From: a virus
Taxonomy: Duplodnaviria; Caudoviricetes
Strand: one strand, 5' to 3'
Virus record (IMG/VR): IMGVR_UViG_3300022218_000003
Coordinates: 1 to 44,852 of that record
Length of the DNA stretch: 44,852 nucleotides
Shown one piece after another: positions 44,726 through 44,852 of the stretch. The notes beneath the pieces were generated by a model. The model was not told the DNA's origin, made no database searches, and worked only from the letters and a program-made list of their open reading frames with translations. The first letter of the stretch is position 1. Each line of letters starts with the position of its first letter. Position numbers and translations under genes: made by a program.

Positions 44726-44852
44726 GTCAGTCTCCTTCTCAGTTCCTCAGCCACCTCACGCAGGGACATGAAGCCATGCTCATCCCACCCCACGTTCCCG
44801 TCCGTGCGCTCCAGCTCACGGCAGTCATTGACGAGCGCCTCGAACAGCTCGT

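Larger units (their letters stand above)
43731..44852. repeat. Imperfect terminal overlap, copy 2 (partner 1-860)
   Basis: Aligns to 1-860 with substitutions and a one-gene insertion. Confidence 0.95.

Overview
Essentially complete genome of a high-GC, T7-like (Autographiviridae-type) podophage, encoded almost entirely on the minus strand and circularly permuted in this window. Transcription order: physical end near 6.8 kb, then host promoter (~6.0 kb), early genes running leftwards to position 1, continuing at ~43.7 kb with the single-subunit RNA polymerase, then replication genes (SSB, RusA-like resolvase, amidase, primase/helicase, DNA polymerase A, exonuclease), head, tail and internal virion genes, two tail fibres and a Hint-domain tip protein, holin and terminases, ending back at ~6.9 kb. 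The window ends overlap imperfectly (1-860 vs 43731-44852) and show two alleles of the pre-RNAP region. The most striking feature is a set of three hammerhead ribozymes (one type III, two type II). They have covarying stems and a shared UGGU/ACCA loop contact. They punctuate the first early transcript, each sitting just ahead of the RBS of a small basic protein, where T7 uses RNase III sites. Other notable elements are a ~390-nt structured leader, an 18-bp candidate phage promoter (6 copies), a non-splicing Hint domain on a tail protein, tandem HExxH proteins between the terminase genes, and bL12-like and HhH-glycosylase-like early proteins. All family calls come from motif recognition by eye, not from database searches.
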